Of a DNA stretch of 64,000 nt, positions 19,766-29,175 are shown piece after piece. Position 1 is the first letter of the stretch. Each line of letters begins with the position of its first letter. This DNA is from Patescibacteria group bacterium (GTDB taxonomy: Bacteria; Patescibacteriota; Minisyncoccia; Phycocordibacterales; EsbW-18), in the NCBI GenBank assembly GCA_038064475.1, contig JBBTTA010000003.1, positions 24,985-88,984 of the forward strand, given 5' to 3'. The position numbers were made by a program, and so were the translations under genes. The notes under the pieces were generated by a model. That model did no database searches. It was not told the origin of the DNA and worked only from the letters and a program-made list of their open reading frames with translations.

Positions 19766-20095
19766 TTTTTTATAAAAACCCTTATTTCCCAACGTATTAT
19801 TAAATATAAAGTTTTCATAAAGACATGTCTTTTACACATATCCCCGTACTTGTCCCCATTATACCCTTACAAAATAAAGTTTTTTTAAAGGACATGTCTT
19901 GACTAAGTCTTAATGTCCTTTTAGAGATTACAAAAACCTCTTCGAATATATTAAGGACATTCCTAACTCTACCCCCCAACACTTCAGACTCCTGCCATTG
20001 AATCAAAAATAGGGGACGCTACCTTTTTATATAAATGATTTTCTTCTCTTATATTAAATTTGTTGTATACTGGCCTTCGTGCAAAGAGTACTTTT

Positions 20096-20166
20096 GCGGG
20101 CATGGTTTAGTGGTAGAACACGTCCTTGCCAAGGACGAGACGGGAGTTCGATTCTCCCTGCCCGCA
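20096..20166 (+). tRNA. tRNA-Gly(GCC)
   Basis: CGTCC-TTGCCAA-GGACG anticodon arm; canonical cloverleaf. Confidence 0.97.
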
Positions 20167-20172
20167 CAAGAC

Positions 20173-20275
20173 GTTCGCATGTTCCTGTTGAAACGCACGG
20201 ATAAAATGAAGCTTCATTTTTCCTCGTACTCGCGCCGTCGCGCTCGCAAGTCGTTTCAACAGGACAAGCTCACTC
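20173..20275 (+). repeat. 103-bp structured tRNA trailer, copy 2 (after tRNA-Gly GCC)
   Basis: CCTGTTGAAACG...CGTTTCAACAGG closing stem; matches 18955-19057. Confidence 0.9.
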
Positions 20276-20396
20276 TACCGTTTAATACAAAAGGCAAAAC
20301 GGTAGATCCCCAGAACATTCGACTCTGTCTGTATAAGTTCTCCCTGCCCATGTACCTCGTGACCAGCTTCCTTGCGTAGTACACTTAGAATAGATT

Positions 20397-20471
20397 GCTC
20401 CCGTAGTGAAATGGATATCACGACAGGCTTCGAACCTGTTATTGGGGGTTCGAATCCCTCCGGGAGCACCA
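20397..20471 (+). tRNA. tRNA-Arg(TCG), CCA encoded
   Basis: GCTCCCG/CGGGAGC acceptor, ACAGG-CTTCGAA-CCTGT, GGTTCGAATCC, ACCA end. Confidence 0.95.
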
Positions 20472-20511
20472 AAACAATTCTTGGCAGTTTACTCACCAAA
20501 CGCCAGTATCA

Positions 20512-21972
20512 ATGAAAGCAATCCCCAAAGAGGTTCGTGCAGTCGTCGCCCTTCTTCAACACAAGGGCTTTGAAGCATACCTCGTTGGAGGTTGTGTGCG
20601 TGACATCATTATGGATCGCACGCCAAAAGATTGGGATGTGACGACAAATGCAACACCTAAAGAAATTCAAGCAACGTTTCCACATACGTTTTATGAAAAT
20701 GAATTCGGTACTGTTGGTGTGGTGAATGATGACACAACAGACGAGACACTTAAAGTCGTTGAAGTAACGCCATATCGCAAAGAGGGGACATACACCGACA
20801 AACGTCATCCTGATTCTGTTGAGTTTGGAAAAGATCTTTCTGAAGACCTCAAGCGTCGTGACTTCACGATCAATGCAATTGCATACGATCCAATCGCTGA
20901 ACAACTCATTGATCCATTCAAAGGACACGCTGACATTGAACAGAAACTTATTCGCGCAGTGGGAAATGCAACAGAGCGTTTTGATGAAGACGCCTTGCGT
21001 ATGCTTCGCGCTGTACGCATCGCAACTGATCTTGATTTTGATTTGGAAAAGGAAACAGCGGCCGCTATCCAAAAAATGGCTAAAAATATAGCTCAAATCT
21101 CTGGTGAGCGTATTCGTGACGAGATAACAAAAATACTTCTTTCAAAACATCCTCGTCGTGGTTTCATCATGTTGCACGAGTTGGAACTCCTCACACATAT
21201 CATTCCTGAACTTGAAGCGGGTGTTGGTATCGAACAAAACCAAGCGCACTCGTTCCGTGTGTTCGAACACATCTTGGGAACGGTTGAAGCCTCGGCGACA
21301 AAAAATCTTTCACTTGAAGTGCGTCTCGCTGCGCTTTTTCATGACATTGCAAAACCACATACGCGCGCATTTGATGACAAGAAACAAGATTGGTCATTTC
21401 ACGGACACGAAGTTGAGGGATCAAAACTTGCAAAGAAACGCCTGCAAGAACTTCGCTATCCAAACACTGTCGTAGAAAAGGTGGTGAAGCTTGTGCGCTG
21501 GCACATGTTTTTCTCTGACACAGAATTGATTACGCATTCTGCAGTGCGTCGACTCATTCGAAATGTGGGAACAGAAAACGTTGAAGATCTTTTGATGCTT
21601 CGCGTCTGTGATCGTATCGGGACAGGTCGTCCAAAAGAACGACCATATCGACTTCGCAAATATCAGGCAATGATTGAAGAGGTGATGCGCGATCCAGTTT
21701 CTGTCGGCATGCTTAAAATAAATGGCACAACGTTGATGGGTATGGGAGAGAAGGCAGGACCACGTGTTGGGTGGATTTTGCACGCACTCCTTGAAGAAGT
21801 TCTTGAAGACCCGCAACTCAATACAGAAACGTGGCTTATGGAGAAGGCGGAAGAGTTCAGGAAGCTACCTCTAAGCGAATTAAAGCGTCTGGGTGAGGCG
21901 GGAAAGGACGCACGCGAACATGCAGAGGAAGGGGAGGTAAAGAAGGTTCGTTCGCGATATCACGTGGAATAA
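20512..21972 (+). CDS. cca: CCA-adding tRNA nucleotidyltransferase with HD domain
   Basis: YLVGGCVRD, DWDVTT, RRDFTINA, EDALRMLRAVR, FHDIAKP. Confidence 0.93.
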   Translation: MKAIPKEVRAVVALLQHKGFEAYLVGGCVRDIIMDRTPKDWDVTTNATPKEIQATFPHTFYENEFGTVGVVNDDTTDETLKVVEVTPYRKEGTYTDKRHPDSVEFGKDLSEDLKRRDFTINAIAYDPIAEQLIDPFKGHADIEQKLIRAVGNATERFDEDALRMLRAVRIATDLDFDLEKETAAAIQKMAKNIAQISGERIRDEITKILLSKHPRRGFIMLHELELLTHIIPELEAGVGIEQNQAHSFRVFEHILGTVEASATKNLSLEVRLAALFHDIAKPHTRAFDDKKQDWSFHGHEVEGSKLAKKRLQELRYPNTVVEKVVKLVRWHMFFSDTELITHSAVRRLIRNVGTENVEDLLMLRVCDRIGTGRPKERPYRLRKYQAMIEEVMRDPVSVGMLKINGTTLMGMGEKAGPRVGWILHALLEEVLEDPQLNTETWLMEKAEEFRKLPLSELKRLGEAGKDAREHAEEGEVKKVRSRYHVE

Positions 21973-22302
21973 CAAAACGCCCCAGACAAGCGTCCAGAGC
22001 GTGAGGTTTTTAGATGATTCCGTATGAGAAGCGAAAGCTCTCACAAAGCGCGTGAAATTAAATTCGAAACCGCGCCGGTTTCATCATATATGGCAAGGCG
22101 TTGCCTTGCCTAGTGAGCCGAAGCTCGGAAGTAAAGAACTATAGCGTTCTAAGGACATTGAGACCTGAGGTCCCAAGTAGGAGAAAAAGTAGTGGGGTAC
22201 TATATTTTGTTGTGCGAACATGTCCTTGAGAACTTCTGGTATCTATTCTAAAGGACACCCATACTCTGTGTAAAGGACATCTGTGGACATCCGAAAATAC
22301 CT

Positions 22303-23073
22303 TTATATACCAACCTCAATTTCTAAGGGACAATGGTCAGACCCAAAGACCAAGGGGAGTATTTCTGCCTTCTTCAGTTTTGGAACAAGATCTGGAGAAA
22401 CAAAAAAGTAGTCTATGCGCCATCCAACATTCCTATCTCGTGCGCGACTCTTCTGATCCCAATATGTGTACACTCCCGTTTTGTTCGGATAGAAGTGTCT
22501 GAAAGTATCTACGAAACCAGCGGCAATAACTTCATCAAGCCATGCTCGTTCTTCGGGCAAGAACCCCGTATTCTTTTCATTCTCTTTTGGACGAGCAAGA
22601 TCGATCTCTTCGTGGGCAGTATTGATGTCACCGCAGAAAATGACTGATTTTCCTTGTTTTACAAGGCTATTTACGTGTTTAAGGAAAGCATCATAGAAAC
22701 GAAGCTTATATTCGAGTCGTTCTGGGCCTTGGCCCCCGTTCGGGAAATAGCCATTGATAAGCACAAAATCCTCAAAAACGGCTTCAATAAGCCTTCCTTC
22801 TTCATCCAACCCATTCTCCAAGATGTCGTAGTGCACTTCGAGAGGCTTCTTCTTCGTGTACATTGCGACACCGCTGTAGCCCTTACGTCCTCGTGAGGAG
22901 TTAAAAAAGGGGAAATAACCTAGAGGCATTGCAACTTCGGGAGCAAGTTGCGCACTTTCGGCCTTTATCTCCTGTAAGCAGAGGATGTCTGGTTTTTCTG
23001 TTTCAAACCATTTCCAATAGCCTTGTTTATGGAGTGAGCGCAACCCGTTGATGTTCCACGAAACGATTCTCAT
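22303..23073 (-). CDS. xth: Exodeoxyribonuclease III
   Basis: SWNINGLR, LQEIK, GYSGVA, GDINTAH, GWRIDY, SDHCP. Confidence 0.96.
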   Translation of the reverse strand: MRIVSWNINGLRSLHKQGYWKWFETEKPDILCLQEIKAESAQLAPEVAMPLGYFPFFNSSRGRKGYSGVAMYTKKKPLEVHYDILENGLDEEGRLIEAVFEDFVLINGYFPNGGQGPERLEYKLRFYDAFLKHVNSLVKQGKSVIFCGDINTAHEEIDLARPKENEKNTGFLPEERAWLDEVIAAGFVDTFRHFYPNKTGVYTYWDQKSRARDRNVGWRIDYFFVSPDLVPKLKKAEILPLVFGSDHCPLEIEVGI

Positions 23074-23228
23074 ACAGTAATTCTAACAGCATTCAGAGAC
23101 CGAGTCTCTAAATACACAGAGACTCGGTCTCTGGGTCTATCCCCAAACGTATTCGGTGTGGAAGTTGTTGAGGACTACAATGAATAGGTAGCTGAATTTG
23201 TAGTTTATTATCATTTTAGTGCACGGCT

Positions 23229-23501
23229 ATGAATATGCATATGTCAGGGAAGTGTTCGCACTCAAGAATTGCCGGAACTCTCGTTCTCATCGGTGCAATA
23301 AACTGGGGCCTTATCGGTCTCGGATATTTCTTCGGTGGCAATTGGAATGTGGTGAATCTTCTTTTGGGTAATTGGATGTGGCTTGAAGCAGTTGTCTACA
23401 TTCTCGTGGGTGTTGCAGGTGTCATCCGGCTTTTCGGATGTGTTTGCAAAGACCACAAGATGGCAGAAGGTGGTGCTCCAATGGGTGGAGGCCAGATGTA
23501 G
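23229..23501 (+). CDS. DUF378 family membrane protein
   Basis: LVLIGAINWGLIG...NVV...VYILVGVAG. Confidence 0.85.
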   Translation: MNMHMSGKCSHSRIAGTLVLIGAINWGLIGLGYFFGGNWNVVNLLLGNWMWLEAVVYILVGVAGVIRLFGCVCKDHKMAEGGAPMGGGQM

Positions 23502-23562
23502 AAAGTTTCAGCTCAAAGAAAAAATCCCGACGTCACGCCGTCGGGATTTTTTCGTATCTTTT

Positions 23563-24192
23563 TTAGTAGTAGATTCCGCGCAAAGCATTAATCCATGCAC
23601 TAATGAGCGATTGAAACGGCTCTGAAGGACCGTCATAAATGTCTCGAATCGGATCTCCAGTTCCTTGTATTCCTATTCCTCCACCACCTCCACCACCTCC
23701 ACCACCTCCACCACCTCCTTCTCCAGGGTCGGGGCCACCGTCTGCTGGTGGTTCCTCCGGTATCTCTTCACGCCATTCTTCTGTACATGTCCGATTCAAA
23801 AACCGGCTATTTGCACCAAAAAGATCGTGGGTTGGTCGAAGCTGTCCCCCTGTGCCATCTACTTCTGTACAAATACCTGTGTCTGCTTCACAAAGGTATG
23901 CATCCTCAAGAACGCCATTATCATTGCGTTTCAATGGACATACGGTTCCTCTCTGCCACACATACTCTCCTGACCGGTTCTTTGAACAGATGAAAGATGC
24001 CTCGAAACGCCCCGGGCCAACTGTCGTTGTTCCACACTGCACATCACAAAACTGTGCAGGCTCACACGAGTCTCCCACAAATGGGTTGGGGTATGGATAC
24101 CTACTGAAATCACCTGATGACTGAACTTCAATGGGCGCGGACGCAGCGAGAAACACGATAAGTGCAGAAATGGCGAGTAAGATTTGTTTCAT
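23563..24192 (-). CDS. Secreted Cys-rich protein with poly-Gly linker
   Basis: Signal peptide, several Cys, GGAGGTGGT-coded Gly run. Confidence 0.65.
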   Translation of the reverse strand: MKQILLAISALIVFLAASAPIEVQSSGDFSRYPYPNPFVGDSCEPAQFCDVQCGTTTVGPGRFEASFICSKNRSGEYVWQRGTVCPLKRNDNGVLEDAYLCEADTGICTEVDGTGGQLRPTHDLFGANSRFLNRTCTEEWREEIPEEPPADGGPDPGEGGGGGGGGGGGGGGIGIQGTGDPIRDIYDGPSEPFQSLISAWINALRGIYY

Positions 24193-24270
24193 AATGATGC
24201 GTTAGTGTTACCTCCTTATTCTACTTCCTATTTTCACCTGTGTGAAATGAGTTATGCCAATACACAAAGC

Positions 24271-25185
24271 TTAATTCGAACGCTTCCCGTGGAAATTCTT
24301 GTGTACTTCTTTCAAGTGCCTATCAGTCACGTGCGTATATATCTGTGTCGTGGCGATATTGGCATGTCCCAAAAGCGCCTGAACGCTTCTGATATCTGCA
24401 CCGTTGCCCAAAAGGTCGGTTGCGAACGAATGACGAATGATATGCGGTGTCACTTTTTTGCTGATACCTGCTTTAATCGCGTACTGCTTCACCAAGCGTT
24501 CAACCGAGCGGGGAGTGAGGCGCAAATCTGAGGAATTTTTCGCATTTTTGCCAAGTTGTGCGAATAACGCATCATCGGTATCCGCTCGTTTGTCCAGATA
24601 TTTCTTTACCGAAGTTTTAGCCACATCTGATACGAACACAACACGCACTTTGTCGCCCTTTCCGCGCACCGAAAACTCCCCGCGTGAGAAATCGATGTCG
24701 CGCGACAGAGACACAATCTCTGATACACGCATGCCTGTTGAGAAAAGAAGTTCGAGAAGCGCTTTGTCGCGAAGGGATTGAACATCTTCACCTGACGGCT
24801 GTGCGAGTAGTCGATCAAGGTCTGTGTGTGAGATAAGATCGAGATCTCGATCACCGGTTTTCGCGAGTTCAATAACTTCAGGTTGTACAGTCTTGATATT
24901 TTTTTTACGAAGATATTTGAGAAATGCTCGAAGCGCAATCAAATAATAGTTTTGTGTTTTCTTTTTGAGCGTATTGTCTGTTGTCTGTTGTCTGTTATTT
25001 GTTGTCTGTCTATTAAGCCACAAACGGTAGTCGCGAATAATTGATTCTGTAATGTCCGTTGGGGAAGAGATTTTCGCGTATTCAAAAAAGCGCGTAAGGT
25101 AGCGGTCGTAATTTTCGATCGTCTTAATCGAGCGTCCGCGTTCGATTTCGAGATATTCTAGAAACTCTCTTTTGTACTTTTCCAT
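24271..25185 (-). CDS. XerC/XerD-family tyrosine recombinase
   Basis: STGMRVSE, GKGDKVR, HIIRHSFAT, LLGHANIATTQIYTH. Confidence 0.93.
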   Translation of the reverse strand: MEKYKREFLEYLEIERGRSIKTIENYDRYLTRFFEYAKISSPTDITESIIRDYRLWLNRQTTNNRQQTTDNTLKKKTQNYYLIALRAFLKYLRKKNIKTVQPEVIELAKTGDRDLDLISHTDLDRLLAQPSGEDVQSLRDKALLELLFSTGMRVSEIVSLSRDIDFSRGEFSVRGKGDKVRVVFVSDVAKTSVKKYLDKRADTDDALFAQLGKNAKNSSDLRLTPRSVERLVKQYAIKAGISKKVTPHIIRHSFATDLLGNGADIRSVQALLGHANIATTQIYTHVTDRHLKEVHKNFHGKRSN

Positions 25186-25355
25186 GTTTGTTTGCCCGAG
25201 TGGCACTTGGAAGCTTCGCTTCCAAGTGTGTGCCGACACTACTTGCTTCGCAAGATCTGTCCGCACTATATATTGTGCGACGCTTCCTTTACTTTCACAA
25301 ACAATTCCTGTATAAAACCTACAGAAGGTCTACTCAGCCCGAAAAGGAGAAACGT

Positions 25356-25673
25356 ATGCCTATCTTGTCTTGGGTTCTCTTGGGAACCATTTACCTAGTC
25401 CTATACTTGCTCGTCGGAGGGGGTTTCGTTCACTTTGGCAGGTTTATACACCAGTCAGAGCCTGATAAAGATCCCTCTCTGCCGTGGCAAGACAAGTTGT
25501 TCTATGGACTGCTGAGGCCCGGACAATGCCTCGCGTGGACATGGCCTTTTTCAGTTGTAGGGCTGCTACTCATGCTGATTCTTTTCGTTTTCTATCGCCT
25601 GGCGCTAAGTATCGTGAGAGGGACTGTTGCTTCCTATCGATTCGTTGTCAACGGCTACGAGAAGCCGGCCTAA
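25356..25673 (+). CDS. Orphan membrane protein
   Basis: SD AAGGAG; two hydrophobic segments; downstream hairpin. Confidence 0.55.
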   Translation: MPILSWVLLGTIYLVLYLLVGGGFVHFGRFIHQSEPDKDPSLPWQDKLFYGLLRPGQCLAWTWPFSVVGLLLMLILFVFYRLALSIVRGTVASYRFVVNGYEKPA

Positions 25674-25841
25674 TCAACACCTACACCTACCCCCGCTATC
25701 CATGCGGGGCTTCTTTTTGTGCTACTTGCGTCCTGCATAAAAGTGTGCTAGTGTACTTACATGAGGCGTCGAGCCTCTATTTATACGAAAGGGTGGTATA
25801 CTCACCCGACGCAAGAGAGAAACGTTTTCAATACCAGCCAT

Positions 25842-26105
25842 ATGGCACTTACAAAGAAAAAGAAAGACGGCATCATAAAAGTCACACGACGCCACGACAC
25901 CGATACCGGTTCTCCGGAAGTTCAGGTGTCCCTTTTGTCACGTCGTATTGACGAGCTTTCAAAGCATTTGAAGAAGAATCGCAAAGACAAGCACTCACGT
26001 CGCGGCCTTTTGGGTCTTGTTGCAGACCGCCGTACACATCTTGAATATCTCAAGAAGAAGAATCCTGCCGTCTACGCAGATTTGGTAAAGAAAATTAAGG
26101 AATAA
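25842..26105 (+). CDS. rpsO: 30S ribosomal protein S15
   Basis: DTGSPEVQV, KDKHSRRGLL. Confidence 0.97.
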   Translation: MALTKKKKDGIIKVTRRHDTDTGSPEVQVSLLSRRIDELSKHLKKNRKDKHSRRGLLGLVADRRTHLEYLKKKNPAVYADLVKKIKE

Positions 26106-26172
26106 TCTCTCCTGTGCGTTTTTCATAATTATTTAGAATTCGAGTTGTATACTCGAGTTCGCCTCTATTTAT

Positions 26173-26736
26173 ATGAGTATCATTAAACACAAAGCACAGC
26201 GTGTCGCTGTCTATATCGACACACAAAACTTGTATCACAGTGCGCGCAATCTCTACGGAGCACGCGCAAACTTTGATGCAATCGTTAAAAATGCAATCGG
26301 AGATCGAAGTCTCGTGCGCGCAGTTGCGTACGTGATTTCAACAGAATCCGGTGAAGAAAAAACATTCTTTGAAGCACTTGAAAAAATGGGAATTGAAGCA
26401 AAGACAAAAGACCTTCAAATTTTTGCTGGTGGTGCAAAGAAAGCAGACTGGGATGTGGGGCTCGCAATCGATGCGGTGCAATTGGCACCAAAGCTTGATG
26501 CAGTCGTTCTTATTTCAGGCGACGGTGATTTTATCCCGCTTGTAAGGTATTTGCAGATTAATGAAGGTTGTCAGGTTGAAGTTGTCGCTTTCGGGCGCTC
26601 AACATCATCGAACCTTATTGAAGCAGCAGATCACTTTACTGACTTGGATGAAAATCCTCGCGAATACCTTATCGGTAATCGTTCACAACGTGGACGTGGT
26701 CGCGGCGGAAAACCAAAACAAAATCCGACCGAATAA
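26173..26736 (+). CDS. NYN domain (LabA/DUF88) protein
   Basis: YIDTQNLY, KKADWDVGLAID, SGDGDF. Confidence 0.9.
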   Translation: MSIIKHKAQRVAVYIDTQNLYHSARNLYGARANFDAIVKNAIGDRSLVRAVAYVISTESGEEKTFFEALEKMGIEAKTKDLQIFAGGAKKADWDVGLAIDAVQLAPKLDAVVLISGDGDFIPLVRYLQINEGCQVEVVAFGRSTSSNLIEAADHFTDLDENPREYLIGNRSQRGRGRGGKPKQNPTE

Positions 26737-26818
26737 TGTCGCATCAAAACCCCCTGTTACAAACAGGGGGTTTTGATGTATGGTAGATACGGAAGGTCTC
26801 TTACAGAAAGGGGAAGTG

Positions 26819-27205
26819 ATGGACAGCCCACAGCCCTTGGTACGACAGAGGGTGCGGAGGGTTATCGTATACATCCTTTGTTTTCTGGTGTTTCTGATTC
26901 TTGTGAAGATGCTTATCGCAAAACCAAAGGAGTCAAAGAAAGCCTTCAAGGCTCCAGCACCCATCGTGGAACCAGTGCTCCTCGAGAACGAAGCCGTCGC
27001 ATTCACATGTGGTGTCTACAGCAGAAAGCTTGGTAGCGGAAAGAAGTATGTCCAGTTCGGAATCCTCGAACGGCTCACTTCGATGCCCGTTATCCGAGAG
27101 ACTTCTCGCCGACCTCTCGTGGGAGAGCAGGTGAAGGTCGAGTGGCATTCAAACCCCACCAAGGTCTGGGTTTCCATCGACTTCGACGAGTGCCCGCCAT
27201 TATGA
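26819..27205 (+). CDS. Orphan single-TM protein
   Basis: SD AAAGGGGAAG; TM segment; ATGA overlap with the next ORF. Confidence 0.55.
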   Translation: MDSPQPLVRQRVRRVIVYILCFLVFLILVKMLIAKPKESKKAFKAPAPIVEPVLLENEAVAFTCGVYSRKLGSGKKYVQFGILERLTSMPVIRETSRRPLVGEQVKVEWHSNPTKVWVSIDFDECPPL

Positions 27206-27534
27206 TTTCCGTCTACGGAGATAACGGCAGCTTCACAAGAGAAGTCCCCTTCGGACGACACGGTTTCAAAAAAGTTGTGTACCGAAAGCGCTTGCTGCGC
27301 ATCATCGCTCCGGACGGGACAAAGTTCAAGATGGGGAGTGTCGTGCGACTTGTCATTAAGGAAAAACGCCGAAGCCATGGACTTGGAGAAATTCGCCTTG
27401 AGGCCCTTGGGCGAGTCGTCGACTTCGATGTACTGACCAAATCAACGATGGTTCTCCGTGTCTGTTTTTGGGAAAGCCGAAGGAAAAACATCCTTTCGGT
27501 AAGTCCTGCTGAGATTGTTCTTGTTTCGTATTGA
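27202..27534 (+). CDS. Orphan basic protein
   Basis: Translationally coupled to the previous ORF; followed by hairpin 27536-27573. Confidence 0.5.
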   Translation: MISVYGDNGSFTREVPFGRHGFKKVVYRKRLLRIIAPDGTKFKMGSVVRLVIKEKRRSHGLGEIRLEALGRVVDFDVLTKSTMVLRVCFWESRRKNILSVSPAEIVLVSY

Positions 27535-27631
27535 AGCGTCCAGCCCCAGTTCAAAAAACTGGAGCTGGACGCTTTTTTGTTTTACATAGAAAAAGAACTG
27601 TAATTTGCTAAACTCAAAGGAGCACACCACC

Positions 27632-29155
27632 ATGGCTGATCAATCTTTTACACCACCATCATCAGGAGGAGCACAGGGAATGCCAACCGATCTTCCTTTC
27701 ACACCCACTCCATCTGCAGGTATCAAAACTATGCCGATGAGTCCATCTGAAGTACCTCAAAAACAAATTGAGGAAAAGCCAATTTTGCAAGAAATTACCT
27801 CTGCTCCACCTAACACAGCGCCCCTGGAGGCTAAGCCTCCAAGTCTTGGAGGCTTAGCCTCCAAGACTGAATTTGCTCCACTTCCACAAACACCTCAACC
27901 ACTTCAAACTCCTCCTCAACCACCAAACCGCATGACACACATCGTCATGCCACAGCCAATGCCGCCCATCCCAGCGCCTGTTCCTCAAGAACCTCAACAC
28001 CCCTCACAAATAGAGTCGTTCATTCCTGAACAAAGAAAACCTCAAATAGTTTCCCAACCAACACCTGTTCCACAAACACAACCTCGTGAAACAACAATTC
28101 CGATTCAAAAAATTCCTGACGTTCCTCGCACACCTGTGTCATACAGAGAACCAATTCTTGAAATAGACAAGGTACCGTTCGTTCCCGTGACACCACCGCC
28201 TCCACCTCCAAAACCCGCGCCACTTCCACCAAAAAACACAGCGATTCGCACACTGCAAAGCGACATTGCGGAAACAGTGCAAGGACGTGGTATATCTGTT
28301 GCCGATATTGCGCTTGCTGAACAAAAAAGATCAGCGGCGAGTGGCGAGCACACACACGAACCAAAACAACCAACCAACTGGTGGGCCGTTGGTGCGATGT
28401 TGTTTGTATTGTTGGGTGTCGGTGTCACTGCTTCTATTTTTCTCTTTGCACCAAAAACTCCTGTCGACATACTCGACACAGGATCTGGATCAAATTTTCC
28501 TGCAGACAAACAAACATCACTTGATGTGACCGAAATGACCTTTGATGGATTCACAAATACAGTGCGCGACACATTGTTTGCAGAATTTCGTTTGGGCACA
28601 TTGATGAGTGTCAGTCTTTTCGAACAGACAAACCTTGGAGAAAATATTTCAGTAAACACCGAACGGTTCTTTTCGATTACGAAAAGCCGTGCACCTGATC
28701 GGTTGATTCGCTCGCTTGAAAAAGAATTCGTGTTTGGTGTCGCAACCGTTGATACGCCGACAGGATTTCTTGTCTTCACCACACAAAACTTTGAGAATAC
28801 GTTCGCCGGAATGCTCGAATGGGAACCATTCATGGTTGATGACCTTCCTTTTATTGCACGCACGATTTTGCCTCCACCTATCATCACGCCTGAAGTCATC
28901 GTTGCAACAACAAGCACCTCGACACTCTCCGCTTCAACAACGCCGCCTATGGCGCCCGAGCCATTTGTCATACCTACTGCGGTCTTCAAAGATATTATTG
29001 TACAAAACGAAGATACACGTGCGGCTGTCTTGCCTGATGGCACCATTCGTTTGTTGTATTCATTCCCTGATAGAAACACACTCATCATTGCGCAAAGCAA
29101 AGAAACACTGACCCTTATTCTCGAGCGCATCAATACGGCACGCTTCACACGATAA
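27632..29155 (+). CDS. Proline-rich single-pass membrane protein
   Basis: Pro-rich N-terminus, IRTLQSDIAE, TM, FAGMLEWE, LLYSF.D..TLII. Confidence 0.8.
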   Translation: MADQSFTPPSSGGAQGMPTDLPFTPTPSAGIKTMPMSPSEVPQKQIEEKPILQEITSAPPNTAPLEAKPPSLGGLASKTEFAPLPQTPQPLQTPPQPPNRMTHIVMPQPMPPIPAPVPQEPQHPSQIESFIPEQRKPQIVSQPTPVPQTQPRETTIPIQKIPDVPRTPVSYREPILEIDKVPFVPVTPPPPPPKPAPLPPKNTAIRTLQSDIAETVQGRGISVADIALAEQKRSAASGEHTHEPKQPTNWWAVGAMLFVLLGVGVTASIFLFAPKTPVDILDTGSGSNFPADKQTSLDVTEMTFDGFTNTVRDTLFAEFRLGTLMSVSLFEQTNLGENISVNTERFFSITKSRAPDRLIRSLEKEFVFGVATVDTPTGFLVFTTQNFENTFAGMLEWEPFMVDDLPFIARTILPPPIITPEVIVATTSTSTLSASTTPPMAPEPFVIPTAVFKDIIVQNEDTRAAVLPDGTIRLLYSFPDRNTLIIAQSKETLTLILERINTARFTR

Positions 29156-29175
29156 GGTGTGCAAATATTACACCT

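Noticed and set aside
23051-23066. Extra parS site in xth (TGTTCCACGAAACG)
   Set aside because: Two bases short of the 16-bp consensus; explained by the VSWN codons
23678-23718. CCTCCACCA tandem repeat as a contingency locus
   Set aside because: In-frame 9-bp unit encoding a poly-Gly linker; length change would not shift the frame
24271-25185. Prophage or island integrase
   Set aside because: Resembles a housekeeping Xer recombinase; no phage genes or att duplication seen
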